Shown here: positions 18,085 through 30,356 of the stretch, in pieces | Position numbering within the stretch: the stretch's first letter is position 1 | How the letters are laid out: every line of letters starts with the position of its first letter | From: Desulfocapsa sulfexigens DSM 10523 | GTDB taxonomy: Bacteria > Desulfobacterota > Desulfobulbia > Desulfobulbales > Desulfocapsaceae | DNA: 32,000 bases | Assembly: GCF_000341395.1 (NCBI RefSeq) | Contig: NC_020304.1 | Location: 2,280,001-2,312,000 of the forward strand | Direction of reading: 5' to 3' | Translations under genes and position numbers: made by a program | The notes under the pieces: model-generated | Told to the model about the DNA's origin: nothing | The model's input: only the letters and a program-made list of their open reading frames with translations | Databases searched by the model: none

Positions 18085-18333
18085 ATGGCTAAAAAGACAA
18101 AGGCAATTAAAAAGCAGGATCTGGATAAAGATAAAAAAGCTTATTTTTCTCCTGCACAAATTCGAACTTTTATAGATGAAGTTAAAGTTGAGTTTACTAA
18201 AATTGTCTGGCCTGACAAAAAAACAACAATGGGTTTGACCGGTGTTGTTATTGTGTTCTCAATTCTCGCGTCTGCATACTTGGGCTCTGTTGATATGCTG
18301 CTTGGAAAATTGATCGATTCTGTTCTTCGATGA
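18085..18333 (+). CDS. secE: Preprotein translocase subunit SecE
   Basis: 82 aa from ATG 18085 (MAKKTKAIKK...). Conserved FIDEVKVEFTKIVWP followed by a single C-terminal TM helix (TTMGLTGVVIVFSILASAYLGSV). Sits between tRNA-Trp and nusG. The track ORF begins further upstream inside the tRNA 3' flank, which is unlikely. Confidence 0.85.
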   Translation: MAKKTKAIKKQDLDKDKKAYFSPAQIRTFIDEVKVEFTKIVWPDKKTTMGLTGVVIVFSILASAYLGSVDMLLGKLIDSVLR

Positions 18334-18417
18334 TTCGGAATTTATTCGATTTGGTTATCATTTATCCTCGCCTTGCGTAATACGTTTAGGCATTACACTT
18401 TTACTCATAATAAGCTC

Positions 18418-18951
18418 ATGGCAATAAACTGGTACATATTGCAGGTCCATTCGGGCTTTGAAGATAAGGTTAAACTGACACTTGAGGATAGAATCAGGAA
18501 AGAAGGTCTCGAAGAGTTTTTCGGTGAGATCCTCGTTCCAACCGAGCAGGTTGTCGAAATGATAAAGGGAAAAAGAAAAACCTCTGAAAGGAAGTTTTTT
18601 CCCGGATATATGCTAGTGGCTATGGATCTCAATGATTCCACCTGGCATGTACTTCATGATAATATGCCTCGTGTTGTTGGCTTTGTTGGTGATGATGAAA
18701 ATCCGACGCCACTTCCAGAAGCAGATGCTCAGAAAATTATTGGTCGAATTCAGGATGGTGCAGAAGCACCTCGGCCAAAGGTTATTTTTGAGATTGGAGA
18801 AGCCGTTCGCGTTACTGACGGTCCTTTTGCGAACTTCCAGGGTGTTGTTGAGGAAGTTTTTCCTGAAAAAGGCCGTGTTAAAGTGATGGTCTCCATCTTT
18901 GGCAGGGATACTCCTGTTGAGCTTGAGTATATTCAGGTTTCAAATACCTGA
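18418..18951 (+). CDS. nusG: Transcription termination/antitermination factor NusG
   Basis: 177 aa from ATG 18418 ([18 protein letters not shown]). NGN domain (FPGYMLV) and C-terminal KOW ([21 protein letters not shown]...[18 protein letters not shown]). Confidence 0.93.
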   Translation: MAINWYILQVHSGFEDKVKLTLEDRIRKEGLEEFFGEILVPTEQVVEMIKGKRKTSERKFFPGYMLVAMDLNDSTWHVLHDNMPRVVGFVGDDENPTPLPEADAQKIIGRIQDGAEAPRPKVIFEIGEAVRVTDGPFANFQGVVEEVFPEKGRVKVMVSIFGRDTPVELEYIQVSNT

Positions 18952-19036
18952 ATATAAGTTCCAGAGCATTAATAATAAATGTTGTGCTCAGTATTTCATT
19001 AAACAAACAGACTCTTTTGTAGAGTAGGAGTTAGAA

Positions 19037-19462
19037 ATGGCCAAGAAAATTTCGGCATACATAAAATTACAGATTCCGGCCGGAAAAGCCAATCCATCAC
19101 CACCAGTAGGCCCAGCACTTGGTCAGCATGGTGTGAATATTATGGAATTTTGTAAAGCCTTCAATGCCAAAACACAGGCGATGGGTGATACGATTGTACC
19201 CGTAGTTATTACTGTTTTTGGTGATAGATCATTTACTTATATTACCAAGACACCACCAGCATCTTTTCTCCTTATGAAAGCTGCTGGAATAACAAAGGGT
19301 TCGTCAAATCCTAAGAGCGAACGTGTCACTGAAATAGGCATGGATAAAATAACTGAGATTTCTGAAATAAAAATGCCGGATCTGAATTGTTATGATCTTG
19401 AAGCTGCCACTAAAATTGTCGCTGGCACAGCAAGAAGTATGGGAATTACTGTCCTTAAATAA
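19037..19462 (+). CDS. rplK: 50S ribosomal protein L11
   Basis: 141 aa. [41 protein letters not shown] upstream. Confidence 0.97.
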   Translation: MAKKISAYIKLQIPAGKANPSPPVGPALGQHGVNIMEFCKAFNAKTQAMGDTIVPVVITVFGDRSFTYITKTPPASFLLMKAAGITKGSSNPKSERVTEIGMDKITEISEIKMPDLNCYDLEAATKIVAGTARSMGITVLK

Positions 19463-19476
19463 TCGTAGGTGATCAA

Positions 19477-19518
19477 AAAGAGGGACACTTGAAAAATGTG
19501 TCTGTCTCTTTTTTTTTT
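19477..19518 (+). terminator. Intrinsic terminator-like hairpin with 10-T tail between rplK and rplA
   Basis: aaagagggacac-ttgaaaaat-gtgtc(tg)tctcttt forms two 6-bp helices separated by a 2-nt bulge, running into TTTTTTTTTT (19509-19518). It begins 15 nt after the rplK stop. Confidence 0.62.
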
Positions 19519-19588
19519 GTAATAAATCTTAACGTACTGCTGTGGTCGAACTTTGGAAGAAAACGATCTTAGAGGGTAGGAGGCTGCT

Positions 19589-20293
19589 ATGCCGAAACAC
19601 GGAAAAAATTATAGAAATAAAGTAGAAAATCTTGATTCTTCAACTCATTATACTCTTGAAGATGCGGTAAAGAATGTTCTTTCTAGTACCTTCGCTAAGT
19701 TTGATGAAACTGTAGATATTGCAATGAAGCTTGGTGTTGATCCTCGTCATGCAGATCAGATGGTACGTTCATCGGTTGTTCTTCCCCACGGAACAGGAAA
19801 AGAAACCAGAGTTCTGGTATTCGCCAAAGGTGACAAGGAAACTGAGGCAAGAGAAGCCGGCGCTGATTTTGTTGGTGGTGACGATCTGGTTGAAAAGATC
19901 AAGGAAGGTTGGCTTGAGTTTGATAAAACTGTTGCTACTCCAGATATGATGGGAACAGTAGGTAAGATTGGACGAGTTCTTGGACCTAGAAATCTTATGC
20001 CAAATGCAAAACTTGGAACCGTCACTTTTGATCTTGCCAAAGTTATTCAGGATATTAAAAGTGGTAAGGTTGATTTCCGCGTTGATAAAACTGGTATTGT
20101 TCATGCTGGTATTGGAAAATGTTCTTTTGGTGAGGAAAAACTGTGTGATAATCTGAAAACTTTTGTAGAAAAAGTTATTCAATTAAAACCATCTTCAGCA
20201 AAAGGAGTTTATTTACGCTCTGTAACCCTAAGTTCAACTATGGGACCAGGTATTAAACTTGATACCATCGCTTTAACTGCTGCAGTAAAGTAG
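19589..20293 (+). CDS. rplA: 50S ribosomal protein L1
   Basis: 234 aa. [54 protein letters not shown] upstream. Confidence 0.97.
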   Translation: MPKHGKNYRNKVENLDSSTHYTLEDAVKNVLSSTFAKFDETVDIAMKLGVDPRHADQMVRSSVVLPHGTGKETRVLVFAKGDKETEAREAGADFVGGDDLVEKIKEGWLEFDKTVATPDMMGTVGKIGRVLGPRNLMPNAKLGTVTFDLAKVIQDIKSGKVDFRVDKTGIVHAGIGKCSFGEEKLCDNLKTFVEKVIQLKPSSAKGVYLRSVTLSSTMGPGIKLDTIALTAAVK

Positions 20294-20694
20294 GATTGCG
20301 ATTTTATATAAGGGTATTTTGAGGATTTTTTTTTAAGAAGTCTAAAAAAGTACTCACCCCCTCCCAATGTGGCGGGAAATAAATACCGGAATGTTTTTTA
20401 TTTACCGGTATCAGAAGTAATTGTAGTACAAATAGGTCGAAGACAGCAGGTTCCGCGAGGTTTAATCACAGTATGTGTCCTGCCGAGGCATTGATAGATA
20501 TATTTTAGTTAGACATTTATATATCGTATCCGCTGTTTAGGGCCTTAGAATTGTTTTCGTTTGTATTTCCGATGACAATTTCGTAGAGGCACTACTCTTG
20601 ATGACTTTTGTCTCCAAGCGTAGACTCTAAAACATTTTATTCTTATTTCCGAATAAAGTAAAAGAGTAATCTTAACCGATTAAGGAGGAGTACT
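20294..20694 (+). promoter_or_regulatory. Long (401 nt) rplA-rplJ spacer; probable rplJ promoter plus L10(L12)4-binding leader RNA
   Basis: Position is equivalent to the L10 leader of E. coli and Bacillus. It contains a GAAGACAGCAGG segment (about 20440-20451) resembling the 23S rRNA GTPase-centre sequence GAAGCAGCC, and a 7-bp hairpin ATACCGG...CCGGTAT (about 20384-20412). No ORF. The assignment is positional and by eye, with no covariance model run. Confidence 0.4.
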
Positions 20695-21216
20695 TTGAAC
20701 CGTGACGATAAAACAGCAATAGTCTCCGCGTTGAATGATTCATTCAGCCGTGCCAAGTTTACTGTGGTTACCGATTATTGTGGTTTAACGGTTTCTGAGT
20801 TACAGGAGCTTCGCATTCAATTGCGTGGCTGCGATTCAGAGATTCGAATTGCAAAGAATACTCTTCTGAAAAGGGCAGCAGCGGATACAGCCTGTGACGT
20901 TCTCAGCGAGGATTTCACAGGAACCACAGCCATAGTTATGGGCTATGATGATCCGGTTGCACCAGCAAAGGCAATAGTTAAATTTGTAAAAGATCATAGT
21001 AAAATGCAAATTCGTGCCGCTGCTCTTGATGGAGAGAAAATTTCTGCAGATGATATGGTCGCTCTGTCCAAACTTCCTTCCAAGGAAGCAATGCTTGGAC
21101 AGTTTCTTTCAGTTCTTAATGGCGTTCCAACTGGACTTGTTCAGGTACTTTCAGCAGTTCCACGAACATTTCTGTACGGTCTGCAGGCAATTAAAGAACA
21201 GAAAGAACAGGCATAA
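20695..21216 (+). CDS. rplJ: 50S ribosomal protein L10
   Basis: 173 aa. TTG start 6 nt after AGGAGG. Typical L10 N-terminus (KTAIVSALNDSFSRAKFTVVTDYCGLTVSELQELR). Precedes rplL. Confidence 0.94.
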   Translation: MNRDDKTAIVSALNDSFSRAKFTVVTDYCGLTVSELQELRIQLRGCDSEIRIAKNTLLKRAAADTACDVLSEDFTGTTAIVMGYDDPVAPAKAIVKFVKDHSKMQIRAAALDGEKISADDMVALSKLPSKEAMLGQFLSVLNGVPTGLVQVLSAVPRTFLYGLQAIKEQKEQA

Positions 21217-21292
21217 TCCTGTTGATATCAGAGAATGGTTACCGGTAACGTAAATCATTACTTAAAAAGATTAAAATTAGAGGTATTTAATA

Positions 21293-21673
21293 ATGGCTGT
21301 AACAAAAGAAGATGTAATTGATTTTTTATCTAATATGTCCGTTCTTGAGCTTTCCGTGCTCATAAAGGATCTCGAAGAAAAATTTGGCGTTTCTGCAGCC
21401 GCTCCTGCTGCAGTAGCTGCCGCTGGCCCTGCCGCAGAAGCCGGTGAAGCTGCTGCAGAACAGACTGAATTTGATGTAATCCTTGCCTCCGTTGGTGATG
21501 CAAAAATTAAGGTCATCAAAGAAGTGCGTGCTATTACCTCTCTTGGTCTGAAAGAAGCCAAGGAGCTTGTTGAAGGTGCTCCTGCTCCTGTAAAAGAAGG
21601 TGTTACCAAAGAAGAGGCAGCAGACATTAAAGCACAACTTGAAGGAGTTGGTGCTACCATAGAAGTTAAGTAA
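21293..21673 (+). CDS. rplL: 50S ribosomal protein L7/L12
   Basis: 126 aa. N-terminal dimerisation helix, Ala/Pro-rich hinge ([22 protein letters not shown]) and C-terminal domain [27 protein letters not shown]...[19 protein letters not shown]. Confidence 0.97.
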   Translation: MAVTKEDVIDFLSNMSVLELSVLIKDLEEKFGVSAAAPAAVAAAGPAAEAGEAAAEQTEFDVILASVGDAKIKVIKEVRAITSLGLKEAKELVEGAPAPVKEGVTKEEAADIKAQLEGVGATIEVK

Positions 21674-21722
21674 TACACGCTTCATATGGTTGTCGGTTAC
21701 TTTATCGACTTATCTTGTTGTA

Positions 21723-21767
21723 TACGATACGCTACGGGCTCAGGCCGTGTAGCGTATCGTAGTTTTT
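21723..21767 (+). terminator. Intrinsic attenuator between rplL and rpoB
   Basis: Perfect 13-bp stem TACGATACGCTAC / GTAGCGTATCGTA (21723-21735 and 21749-21761) with a 13-nt loop, then G and TTTTT. It begins 50 nt after the rplL stop. Confidence 0.75.
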
Positions 21768-22087
21768 ATGAAGCAGTATAGTGATGGGTTTAAAACGTCG
21801 TAATATCAAGCTGATAATATTCTGGTCAAGGGCTTATTACTAGAACCAGATTCTACATACACGTGTATTGCTATGAAAATAAACGCTAAAAAAGACTGTT
21901 TTGTTCGAACAAACATCTGTACTGTTTATCATTCTAGTATCTGGTTAATCCCTCCGTACCCGCAGTATCATACCTTTTAAATTTCCTGACTTAACAGGTG
22001 AACCTGTAAAGTCGTTTGATCCAATATTCATGACCACATGTCTGTTTTGGGTATCAATTTTCTGTTAAAGGCATCTCGAGGTAAATT

Positions 22088-25000
22088 ATGGAAAGAGTAA
22101 GAAAAAACTTTGCCAAATCTCCATCAATCATGGAACCTCCGCATCTCATCTCCATGCAGCGGATTTCATATGAAAAATTTTTACAGATTGATGTGGAGCC
22201 AAACGAACGAGAGGATTCTGGTTTGCAGGCTATTTTTAAAAATGTCTTTCCTATCAATGATTTTAACGGACATTGTTCTCTTGAATTTGTGAATTATTCG
22301 TTTGGTGAACCAAAGTATACAATTAACGAATGTCAGCAACGAGGTATGACTTATGATATCCCTGTGAAAATCACAGTACGCTTGATTACTTTTGACGTTG
22401 ATGAAGAAACGGAAGTGCAGACCATTCGGGATATCAAAGAGCAGCAGGTTTTTCTTGGTGCCCTGCCACTTATGACAGGTGATGGTGTTTTTGTGATCAA
22501 CGGTACTGAACGTGCCATAGTGTCACAGTTACAGAGATCACCAGGACTCTTTTTTACCCATGACAATGGAAAAAAACACTCCAGTGGTAAGTTACTGTAT
22601 TCTGCTCGCATTATTCCAGTACGTGGTTCCTGGATTGATCTGGAATATGACATCAAAGATATTCTCCATGTGCGTATTGACCGGCGTCGTAAATTTCCTG
22701 TAACAACTCTTTTAAAGGCGTTGGATTATGAGAATGAAGTTGGAGAGGAACCACAGTACAGTTCCGAAAAGCTACTTCGTAAGTTTTATCCGACCTTAAA
22801 GGTAAAAAGGGAAAAAGACTCATACTATATCGAATTCAACCCTGAAACCGTCCAGGGGCAAAGGCTCGAGTTTGACCTTGTAGATCCCCAAACTGGCGAC
22901 ATTTTAGGAAAAGAAGGCAAAAAACTCGGTAAAGCATTATGCAAACGCCTGGTTAAAGCCAATGTCGAATTTTTACGAATTTCTGAAGAAAATCTCATCG
23001 GAAAATTTCTCGTTACCGACTTTGTGAAACCTGAAACCGGTGAACTTCTTGCTGCCTGTAATTCGGAAATTACTGAATCTACGCTTGAACTATTTGCTGA
23101 AGCAGGAATCGATGAGTTTGAAATTCTTTATATAGACGGAATTACCTATTCATATGCTTTCAGGAAGACTCTTGCACTCGACAAAGTTGAAAATAGTGAC
23201 GAAGCTATACTCGAGATATACAGAAGACTTCGTCCTTCAAGTCCTCCAACAATTGAAGTTGCTCAGACTTTTTTCAACAATCTTTTTTTCAACAAAGATC
23301 TTTATGATCTATCTGAAGTCGGACGGTATAAAATAAATGCCCGCCTTGGTCTTGATACGGATATTGATCATCGAGCACTTACCAAGGAAGACATCATTGA
23401 ATCTGTTCTCTTCCTTGTCCGACTGAAAGACAGTCAGGGCGATGTTGATGACATTGATCATCTTGGAAATCGTAGGGTCCGAACGGTTGGTGAACTTGTA
23501 GAGAACCAATATCGAATGGGCCTTATCCGAATGGAACGTGCCATCAAGGAACGTATGACTCTACAGGAAATAGAGACCATGATGCCCCATGATCTCGTCA
23601 ATCCTAAGCCTATTTCTGCAGCAATTAAGGAATTTTTTGGTACATCACAGTTGTCACAGTTTATGGACCAGACGAACCCCTTATCCGAGGTGACCCATAA
23701 GCGACGTTTATCTGCATTAGGACCCGGAGGTCTGTCACGTGAACGTGCAGGATTTGAAGTGCGTGACGTTCATCCAACCCATTATGGTCGTATTTGCCCT
23801 GTTGAAACACCGGAGGGACCAAACATCGGTCTGATTGTTTCACTTGCTACCTACGCTCGGGTGAATCCATATGGATTTATTGAGACTCCATACAGAAAAG
23901 TTGAAAACTGTATAGTACTTGATGATATTAAATATTTAAGTGCGTTGCAGGAACAGAAACAGCTAATCGCTCCTGCAGCGATACAACTCGATAAAAACAA
24001 TAAAATTATCGAGGAACGGTTGATTGTTCGTGAAGAAGGTGAAGTTATTACAGTCAACGCTGACTTTGTTACCTATATGGATATTGCACCCAATCAGTTA
24101 GTCAGTGTTGCCGCATCACTCATTCCATTTCTTGAGAATGATGATGCTAACCGTGCACTTATGGGGTCGAACATGCAACGCCAGGCAGTACCGCTTATGG
24201 TAACTGCTGCACCTCTTGTTGGAACTGGCATGGAACGTTATGTTGCCAGAGATTCCGGGGCTTGTCTGCTTGCGGGTGCTGAGGGTGTGGTTGAAGAAAT
24301 TGACTCTAATCGAATTGTTATCCGTTACGATAAGCATGGAATTGACGGTTTTGATACCGGAGTAGGTGTCTATCGTCTTTCTAAATACAAAAAATCGAAT
24401 CAAAATACTTGTTTTACTCAGAATCCGTTGGTGCTTCCAGGGCGTCGAGTTAAAAAAGGAACAGTTCTCGCCGATGGACCATCATGTGAACAGGGTGAGC
24501 TTGCACTTGGAAAAAATGTAACCATTGCCTTTATGCCATGGCGTGGATTTAATTTTGAGGATTCCATACTTGTCAATGAACGGCTCCTGAAAGAAGACAC
24601 CTTTACTTCTGTGCACATCGAAGTTTTCGAGACAATGGCACGGGATACCAAGTTGGGTAAAGAAGAGATCACCCGTGATATTCCCAACGTTAGTGAGGAA
24701 ACACTTCGTAATCTTGACGATTCCGGCATTGTCCGCATTGGTGCTGATGTCAGGGCAGGAGATACTCTGGTTGGAAAGGTTACCCCGAAGGGTGAATCGA
24801 TGCTCTCTCCTGAGGAAAAGCTTTTGCGGGCCATATTTGGTGAAAAGGCTCAGGATGTGAAAGATTCATCTCTCCGTGTACCACCTGGAGTTGAGGGCGT
24901 CGTAATTGATGCAAAAGTATTTTCGAGAAAAGGCGTTGATAAAGATGAGCGATCCCTTATGATCGAAGATCTAGAGATAGAACGCCTCAATAAAGATAAA

Positions 25001-26194
25001 CTTGATGAACTTGCCAGTTTGAAAAAAGGTGTATGCCGTGAGCTTGGCGAAATCATGGATGGACGAACCGTTAAACAGGATGTCTGTGCTAAAGATGGTA
25101 CCGTAATAATTAAACTTGGAAAGAAAATGGAAGCTGCACTGGCGACGCAGATCGGGTTTGCCCAGCTTGCAAAAATTGATTTTTCTGAAAAGTCAAAATT
25201 TGAGGCTGAAATTGAGGCGGCTTACGAGCGATATAATAAACAAAAATCATTAATCGCTGAACGCTATGACGGTATCATTGGACGTATGAAAAAGGGAGAT
25301 GATCTGCCTCCTGGTGTTGTCAAGATGGTTAAGGTCTATGTCGCCACCAAACGGAAGCTTTCAGTTGGTGATAAAATGGCCGGACGTCATGGAAATAAAG
25401 GTGTCGTATCAAGACTTCTTCCAGAAGAAGATATGCCTTTCTTTGCAGATGGAACCACCGTTGATATCGTTTTGAATCCACTGGGTGTGCCGTCTCGTAT
25501 GAATGTTGGGCAGGTACTGGAAGTTCATTTAGGTTTTGCTGCTAAAAGGATCGGTAAACAGCTTTCCGATCTCGCTCAAGCTGAAGAACTCGACGCTATC
25601 AAAACCAAGATGAAGGCCGTTTATTCTAAAGAAGAATATAAGGCAATCACTGATGGTATGACCGATGCTGAGCTCTTTGACTGGTGTCGTAAACATTATC
25701 GTGGTATCCACGTTGCTACTCCGGTCTTTGATGGTGCTCCTGAAGAACAGATTCGAAAACTGCTTGTTGAAGCAGGTGTGGATGAAGTTGGACAGAGTCA
25801 ACTGTACGATGGGCTTACCGGTGATCCATTTGACAATCTGGTGACAGTTGGTGTCATGTATATGCTGAAACTGCATCATCTTGTTGACAATAAAATTCAT
25901 GCTCGTTCCACCGGACCTTACTCTCTTGTTACCCAGCAACCTTTGGGTGGTAAGGCACAGTTTGGTGGGCAGCGACTTGGTGAGATGGAGGTATGGGCAA
26001 TGGAGGCATACGGTGCCGCCTATACCTTGAAAGAATTTTTAACGGCCAAGTCTGATGATGTTGAAGGACGTACAACCATGTACGAACGTATTGTCAAGGG
26101 TAACAATTTCCTTACAACAGGCCTTCCTGAATCTTTCCATGTGCTTGTGAAAGAACTTCAGGGACTCTGTTTAGATATGGAACTTCTTGAATAA
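22088..26194 (+). CDS. rpoB: DNA-directed RNA polymerase subunit beta
   Basis: 1368 aa. Rifampicin-region sequence [32 protein letters not shown]. Also [32 protein letters not shown] and [20 protein letters not shown]-type motifs. Confidence 0.99.
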   Translation: MERVRKNFAKSPSIMEPPHLISMQRISYEKFLQIDVEPNEREDSGLQAIFKNVFPINDFNGHCSLEFVNYSFGEPKYTINECQQRGMTYDIPVKITVRLITFDVDEETEVQTIRDIKEQQVFLGALPLMTGDGVFVINGTERAIVSQLQRSPGLFFTHDNGKKHSSGKLLYSARIIPVRGSWIDLEYDIKDILHVRIDRRRKFPVTTLLKALDYENEVGEEPQYSSEKLLRKFYPTLKVKREKDSYYIEFNPETVQGQRLEFDLVDPQTGDILGKEGKKLGKALCKRLVKANVEFLRISEENLIGKFLVTDFVKPETGELLAACNSEITESTLELFAEAGIDEFEILYIDGITYSYAFRKTLALDKVENSDEAILEIYRRLRPSSPPTIEVAQTFFNNLFFNKDLYDLSEVGRYKINARLGLDTDIDHRALTKEDIIESVLFLVRLKDSQGDVDDIDHLGNRRVRTVGELVENQYRMGLIRMERAIKERMTLQEIETMMPHDLVNPKPISAAIKEFFGTSQLSQFMDQTNPLSEVTHKRRLSALGPGGLSRERAGFEVRDVHPTHYGRICPVETPEGPNIGLIVSLATYARVNPYGFIETPYRKVENCIVLDDIKYLSALQEQKQLIAPAAIQLDKNNKIIEERLIVREEGEVITVNADFVTYMDIAPNQLVSVAASLIPFLENDDANRALMGSNMQRQAVPLMVTAAPLVGTGMERYVARDSGACLLAGAEGVVEEIDSNRIVIRYDKHGIDGFDTGVGVYRLSKYKKSNQNTCFTQNPLVLPGRRVKKGTVLADGPSCEQGELALGKNVTIAFMPWRGFNFEDSILVNERLLKEDTFTSVHIEVFETMARDTKLGKEEITRDIPNVSEETLRNLDDSGIVRIGADVRAGDTLVGKVTPKGESMLSPEEKLLRAIFGEKAQDVKDSSLRVPPGVEGVVIDAKVFSRKGVDKDERSLMIEDLEIERLNKDKLDELASLKKGVCRELGEIMDGRTVKQDVCAKDGTVIIKLGKKMEAALATQIGFAQLAKIDFSEKSKFEAEIEAAYERYNKQKSLIAERYDGIIGRMKKGDDLPPGVVKMVKVYVATKRKLSVGDKMAGRHGNKGVVSRLLPEEDMPFFADGTTVDIVLNPLGVPSRMNVGQVLEVHLGFAAKRIGKQLSDLAQAEELDAIKTKMKAVYSKEEYKAITDGMTDAELFDWCRKHYRGIHVATPVFDGAPEEQIRKLLVEAGVDEVGQSQLYDGLTGDPFDNLVTVGVMYMLKLHHLVDNKIHARSTGPYSLVTQQPLGGKAQFGGQRLGEMEVWAMEAYGAAYTLKEFLTAKSDDVEGRTTMYERIVKGNNFLTTGLPESFHVLVKELQGLCLDMELLE

Positions 26195-26300
26195 TAGGAA
26201 ATCTGTTGTGTGTTGTACGTTGTGTCACCAGGTGTCGCGGCAAATTGTGGTTTCTCTATTTTCTCGTTTTTTAACCCTACAATGAGGGGGATGTACTTTC

Positions 26301-29300
26301 GTGGAAGAGCTATTTAATTTTTTTCAAAAACCGAAAGGTCCAGTATCGTTTAATAAAGTTCAGATATCTATCGCTTCACCTGAAAAGATCATGGACTGGT
26401 CACATGGTGAGGTAAAGAAACCTGAAACTATTAATTACCGAACATTCAAGCCGGAAAGAGACGGCCTTTTCTGCGCTAAAATATTTGGCCCAGTAAAGGA
26501 TTTCGAGTGTAACTGCGGTAAATATAAGCGGATGAAGCACCGTGGTGTTGTTTGCGAAAAATGTGGAGTTGAGGTCATCCAGTCAAAGGTTCGCCGAGAA
26601 CGTCTTGGTCATATCAAACTGGCCGCTCCCGTCGCCCACATCTGGTTTTTGAAAAGTCTGCCGTCAAAAATTGGTGCAGTCCTGGATCTCACTCTGAAAC
26701 AGTTGGAAAAAGTACTCTACTTTGAGCAGTATGCCGTAATTCATTCTGATACCGATGCGGTACCAACTGGCACACTACTCACAGAAGAACAGTATCGACA
26801 GATGCGTGAAGAGCATCCTGGGCAGTTCGAGGTAGGTATCGGTGCTGAGGCTATCCATGAGTTACTTGCAGCACAGGATTTAGTTGAACTTTCCAAGACA
26901 CTTCGTGAGGAGATGGCAACCACCAATTCCAAGACGAAACGTCTTAAATATGGAAAACGTCTCTATGTTATAGAAGCTTTTCGTGATTCCGGAAATCGGC
27001 CTGAGTGGATGGTGCTAAAGGTTATTCCGGTGCTTCCTCCTGATCTTCGTCCGCTGGTTCCCCTTGAGGGAGGTCGTTTCGCAACATCTGATCTTAATGA
27101 TTTGTATCGTCGTGTTATCAACCGTAACAATCGTTTGAAACGTCTCCTTGAACTCGATGCTCCTGATATTATTATTCGTAATGAAAAAAGAATGCTTCAG
27201 GAAGCTGTGGATGTCCTGTTTGATAATGGACGTCGTGGTCGTGTCATAACCGGTGCCAATAAGCGCCCCCTGAAATCTCTTTCTGATATGCTAAAAGGAA
27301 AGCAGGGACGTTTTCGTCAGAATCTTCTCGGTAAGCGTGTCGACTATTCCGGTCGTTCAGTTATTGTTGTGGGACCACATCTTCGTCTTCATCAGTGTGG
27401 TATTCCAAAGAAGATGGCACTTGAGCTTTTTAAACCTTTTATCTACAACAAACTTGAAAATCAGGGGCTTGTTACCACCATTAAGAGTGCCCGCAAGATG
27501 GTAGAAAAGGGTGCTAAAGAGGTATGGGATGTTCTCGATGAGGTGGTGACAGAACGCTCAGTCATCTTAAATCGCGCTCCAACACTTCATAGACTGGGAA
27601 TGCAGGCTTTTGAGGCAGTGCTGATTGAGGGGAAGGCTATTCAGCTCCATCCCCTTGTGTGTGCAGCATTTAATGCAGATTTCGATGGTGACCAGATGGC
27701 AGTTCATGTGCCACTTTCCGTTGAAGCTCAGGTTGAGGCCCGGGTTCTGATGATGTCCACTAATAACATCCTCTCACCCGCTAATGGTGAGCCTATCATT
27801 ATCCCATCACAGGATATTGTACTTGGGCTTTATTACATGACTCGTGAGCGTATTAACGCCAAGGGTGAAGGAAAGATTTTTTCAAGTCCTGCTGAAGCCA
27901 AAATTGCCTACGATTATGACGCTGTACATCTTCAAGCAATAATTAAGGTACGACTCGATGGGGTTTTGGTTGAAACGACTATGGGAAGAATTCTCCTCGG
28001 GTATCTTCTTCCGGATGCAGTTCCATTCAGTGAAGTAAATAAGGTGATGAGTAAAAAGGCCTTGGCTCGGCTCATTGATTTCACTTATAGACACGCAGGA
28101 ACCAAGGATACTGTAATTCTAGCCGATCGTCTGAAAGATATTGGTTATGAGTATGCTACGCGTGCCGGAATTTCCATCTGTATCGCTGATATGCAAATTC
28201 CAGAGAGCAAAAAAACCCTTGTCGAAAAAGCTGAAAAAGGAGTTATTGATGTAAGTCAGCAATATTCTGATGGTCTTATCACATCCGGTGAGAAGTATAA
28301 TAAGGTTGTTGATATCTGGTCCAAGGTGACGGAGGATGTTGCCAATGAAATGATGGATGGAATCAAGGTAGATACATTTAAAGATAAAGATAATAACGAT
28401 GTCGTTGCTCCGAGTTTTAACTCCATCTATCTCATGGCAGATTCCGGTGCCAGGGGCTCGCGTGATCAGATTCGTCAGCTGGCCGGAATGCGTGGTTTGA
28501 TGGCTAAACCATCTGGAGCAATTATAGAGACACCCATTAAGGCATGTTTTCGTGAAGGACTTGGTGTACTTGAATACTTTATTTCAACACATGGAGCTCG
28601 TAAGGGACTTGCTGATACTGCACTTAAGACAGCCAACTCTGGGTATCTTACCCGTCGTTTGGTTGATGTTGCCCAAGATTCAACCATTGTTATGGCTGAT
28701 TGTGAAACACTTGATGGGATTGTTGCAGAACCACTTCTTGATGGTGGTGAGATCATCGTCCCTCTTGGTGATCGAATCTTGGGACGTGTAGCTCAGGAAG
28801 ATGTCGTCGATCCATTTGACGAAGAGAAAATCATCGTTGAGGCAGGTAAGGAAATCACGGAGTCTCTCGTTAAAGAGATCGATAAAGCTGGTATAGATAA
28901 AGTTAGAATTCGCTCTGTTTTAACCTGCCGAGCCCGTCGTGGCGTATGCGCCCAATGCTATGGTCGAGACCTCGGTCGTGGACATATGGTAAACCGTGGT
29001 GAGGCTGTTGGTATTATCGCTGCTCAATCTATTGGTGAACCTGGAACCCAGTTGACTATGCGTACTTTCCATATTGGTGGTACTGCAAGTCGTTCGGTTG
29101 AGCAGGCTGAAATTAAGAGTCAGCGTACTGGTAAAATAGCATTTAATAACCTTCACTCCGTTGAGAACTCAGAGGGTATTAAAATTGTTATGAATCGAAA
29201 CGCTGAGATCGCAGTACTTGATGAGCAGGGTCGTGAACGTGAACGCCATAAGGTCAATTATGGTGCTCAGATCCTCGTCAAAGAAGGGGCTGAAGTTGAG

Positions 29301-30356
29301 CCTGCAACTATTCTTGCAGAGTGGGACGCCTATACCATTCCTATTGTTTCAGAGGTTGGCGGTATTATAAAATTTGGCGATATTATAGAAGGCTCGACCA
29401 TGCAGGAGAAGGTTGATAGCGTTACTGGTAAGTCGAGTAAAGTTATTGTCCCAACTCCATCTGGTCTCGCTCTTTCTCCACGTATTTCGATTAAGGGAGA
29501 AAAAGGTAATAAAACCATAAAATTACCAGATTCAGAGTCCTTTGCCAGGTACTCTTTGCCGGTTGGGTCGATTATTTCACTTGAAGAGGGGGATAATATT
29601 ACAGCAGGTACTGTTATTGGAAGGATCCCACGTGAAAGTAGTAAAACAAAAGATATCACTGGTGGTCTTCCTCGTGTTGCTGAGCTTTTTGAAGTGCGTA
29701 AACCGAAAGAACCTGCAATTATCACTGAGATTGATGGTCGCATCAGTTTTGGTAAAGAACTCAAAGGGAAACTTCGCGTTGTGGTTACTCCAGAATATGG
29801 AGAACCTCAGGAGTATCTTGTTCCCAAGGTTAAGCATATTATCGTCCATGAGGGGGATTATGTTCAAGCTGGTGAACCTTTGATGGAAGGGACCATTGTA
29901 CCAAACGATATCCTCAAAGTTCTTGGTGTAAAAGAACTTGCTAAGTTTCTAGTGAATGAGGTACAGGAGGTGTATCGTCTCCAGGGTGTAAAGATTAATG
30001 ACAAGCATATAGAAGTCATTGTTCGTCAGATGCTTAGAAGGGTACAGATAACCCATGCTGGTGATTCAAAGTTTATGATTGGTGAACAGGTCGTCTGGTG
30101 GGATTTTGAAGATGAGCGTGATCGCCTTTTTGCTGAAGGGAAACAACCAGGTATGGCAGAACCACTTCTTCTAGGTGTTACCAAGGCTTCATTGTCCACT
30201 GAAAGTTTTATTTCTGCTGCATCTTTTCAGGAGACCACAAAGGTTCTCACCAATGCCGCAATGCAGGGTAAAATAGATGAGTTGGTTGGCCTTAAGGAAA
30301 ATGTAATCATGGGTCGGTTGATTTCTGCTGGTACGGGGCTTGGTAAAAGCTTTTAA
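26301..30356 (+). CDS. rpoC: DNA-directed RNA polymerase subunit beta'
   Basis: 1351 aa. GTG start 10 nt after GAGGGGG. Zn finger [23 protein letters not shown], catalytic [12 protein letters not shown], and a second Zn site (CETLDG...[18 protein letters not shown]). The N-terminus aligns with the E. coli beta' start. Confidence 0.98.
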   Translation: MEELFNFFQKPKGPVSFNKVQISIASPEKIMDWSHGEVKKPETINYRTFKPERDGLFCAKIFGPVKDFECNCGKYKRMKHRGVVCEKCGVEVIQSKVRRERLGHIKLAAPVAHIWFLKSLPSKIGAVLDLTLKQLEKVLYFEQYAVIHSDTDAVPTGTLLTEEQYRQMREEHPGQFEVGIGAEAIHELLAAQDLVELSKTLREEMATTNSKTKRLKYGKRLYVIEAFRDSGNRPEWMVLKVIPVLPPDLRPLVPLEGGRFATSDLNDLYRRVINRNNRLKRLLELDAPDIIIRNEKRMLQEAVDVLFDNGRRGRVITGANKRPLKSLSDMLKGKQGRFRQNLLGKRVDYSGRSVIVVGPHLRLHQCGIPKKMALELFKPFIYNKLENQGLVTTIKSARKMVEKGAKEVWDVLDEVVTERSVILNRAPTLHRLGMQAFEAVLIEGKAIQLHPLVCAAFNADFDGDQMAVHVPLSVEAQVEARVLMMSTNNILSPANGEPIIIPSQDIVLGLYYMTRERINAKGEGKIFSSPAEAKIAYDYDAVHLQAIIKVRLDGVLVETTMGRILLGYLLPDAVPFSEVNKVMSKKALARLIDFTYRHAGTKDTVILADRLKDIGYEYATRAGISICIADMQIPESKKTLVEKAEKGVIDVSQQYSDGLITSGEKYNKVVDIWSKVTEDVANEMMDGIKVDTFKDKDNNDVVAPSFNSIYLMADSGARGSRDQIRQLAGMRGLMAKPSGAIIETPIKACFREGLGVLEYFISTHGARKGLADTALKTANSGYLTRRLVDVAQDSTIVMADCETLDGIVAEPLLDGGEIIVPLGDRILGRVAQEDVVDPFDEEKIIVEAGKEITESLVKEIDKAGIDKVRIRSVLTCRARRGVCAQCYGRDLGRGHMVNRGEAVGIIAAQSIGEPGTQLTMRTFHIGGTASRSVEQAEIKSQRTGKIAFNNLHSVENSEGIKIVMNRNAEIAVLDEQGRERERHKVNYGAQILVKEGAEVEPATILAEWDAYTIPIVSEVGGIIKFGDIIEGSTMQEKVDSVTGKSSKVIVPTPSGLALSPRISIKGEKGNKTIKLPDSESFARYSLPVGSIISLEEGDNITAGTVIGRIPRESSKTKDITGGLPRVAELFEVRKPKEPAIITEIDGRISFGKELKGKLRVVVTPEYGEPQEYLVPKVKHIIVHEGDYVQAGEPLMEGTIVPNDILKVLGVKELAKFLVNEVQEVYRLQGVKINDKHIEVIVRQMLRRVQITHAGDSKFMIGEQVVWWDFEDERDRLFAEGKQPGMAEPLLLGVTKASLSTESFISAASFQETTKVLTNAAMQGKIDELVGLKENVIMGRLISAGTGLGKSF

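Noticed and set aside
21238-21249. Perfect 12-bp palindrome GTTACCGGTAAC in the rplJ-rplL spacer. A similar 10-bp palindrome TTGGTACCAA occurs at 8050-8059.
   Set aside because: These are short, isolated palindromes that cannot form a stable RNA hairpin (almost no loop), and there is no second copy in the window. They could be restriction or regulator sites, but there is no supporting evidence.
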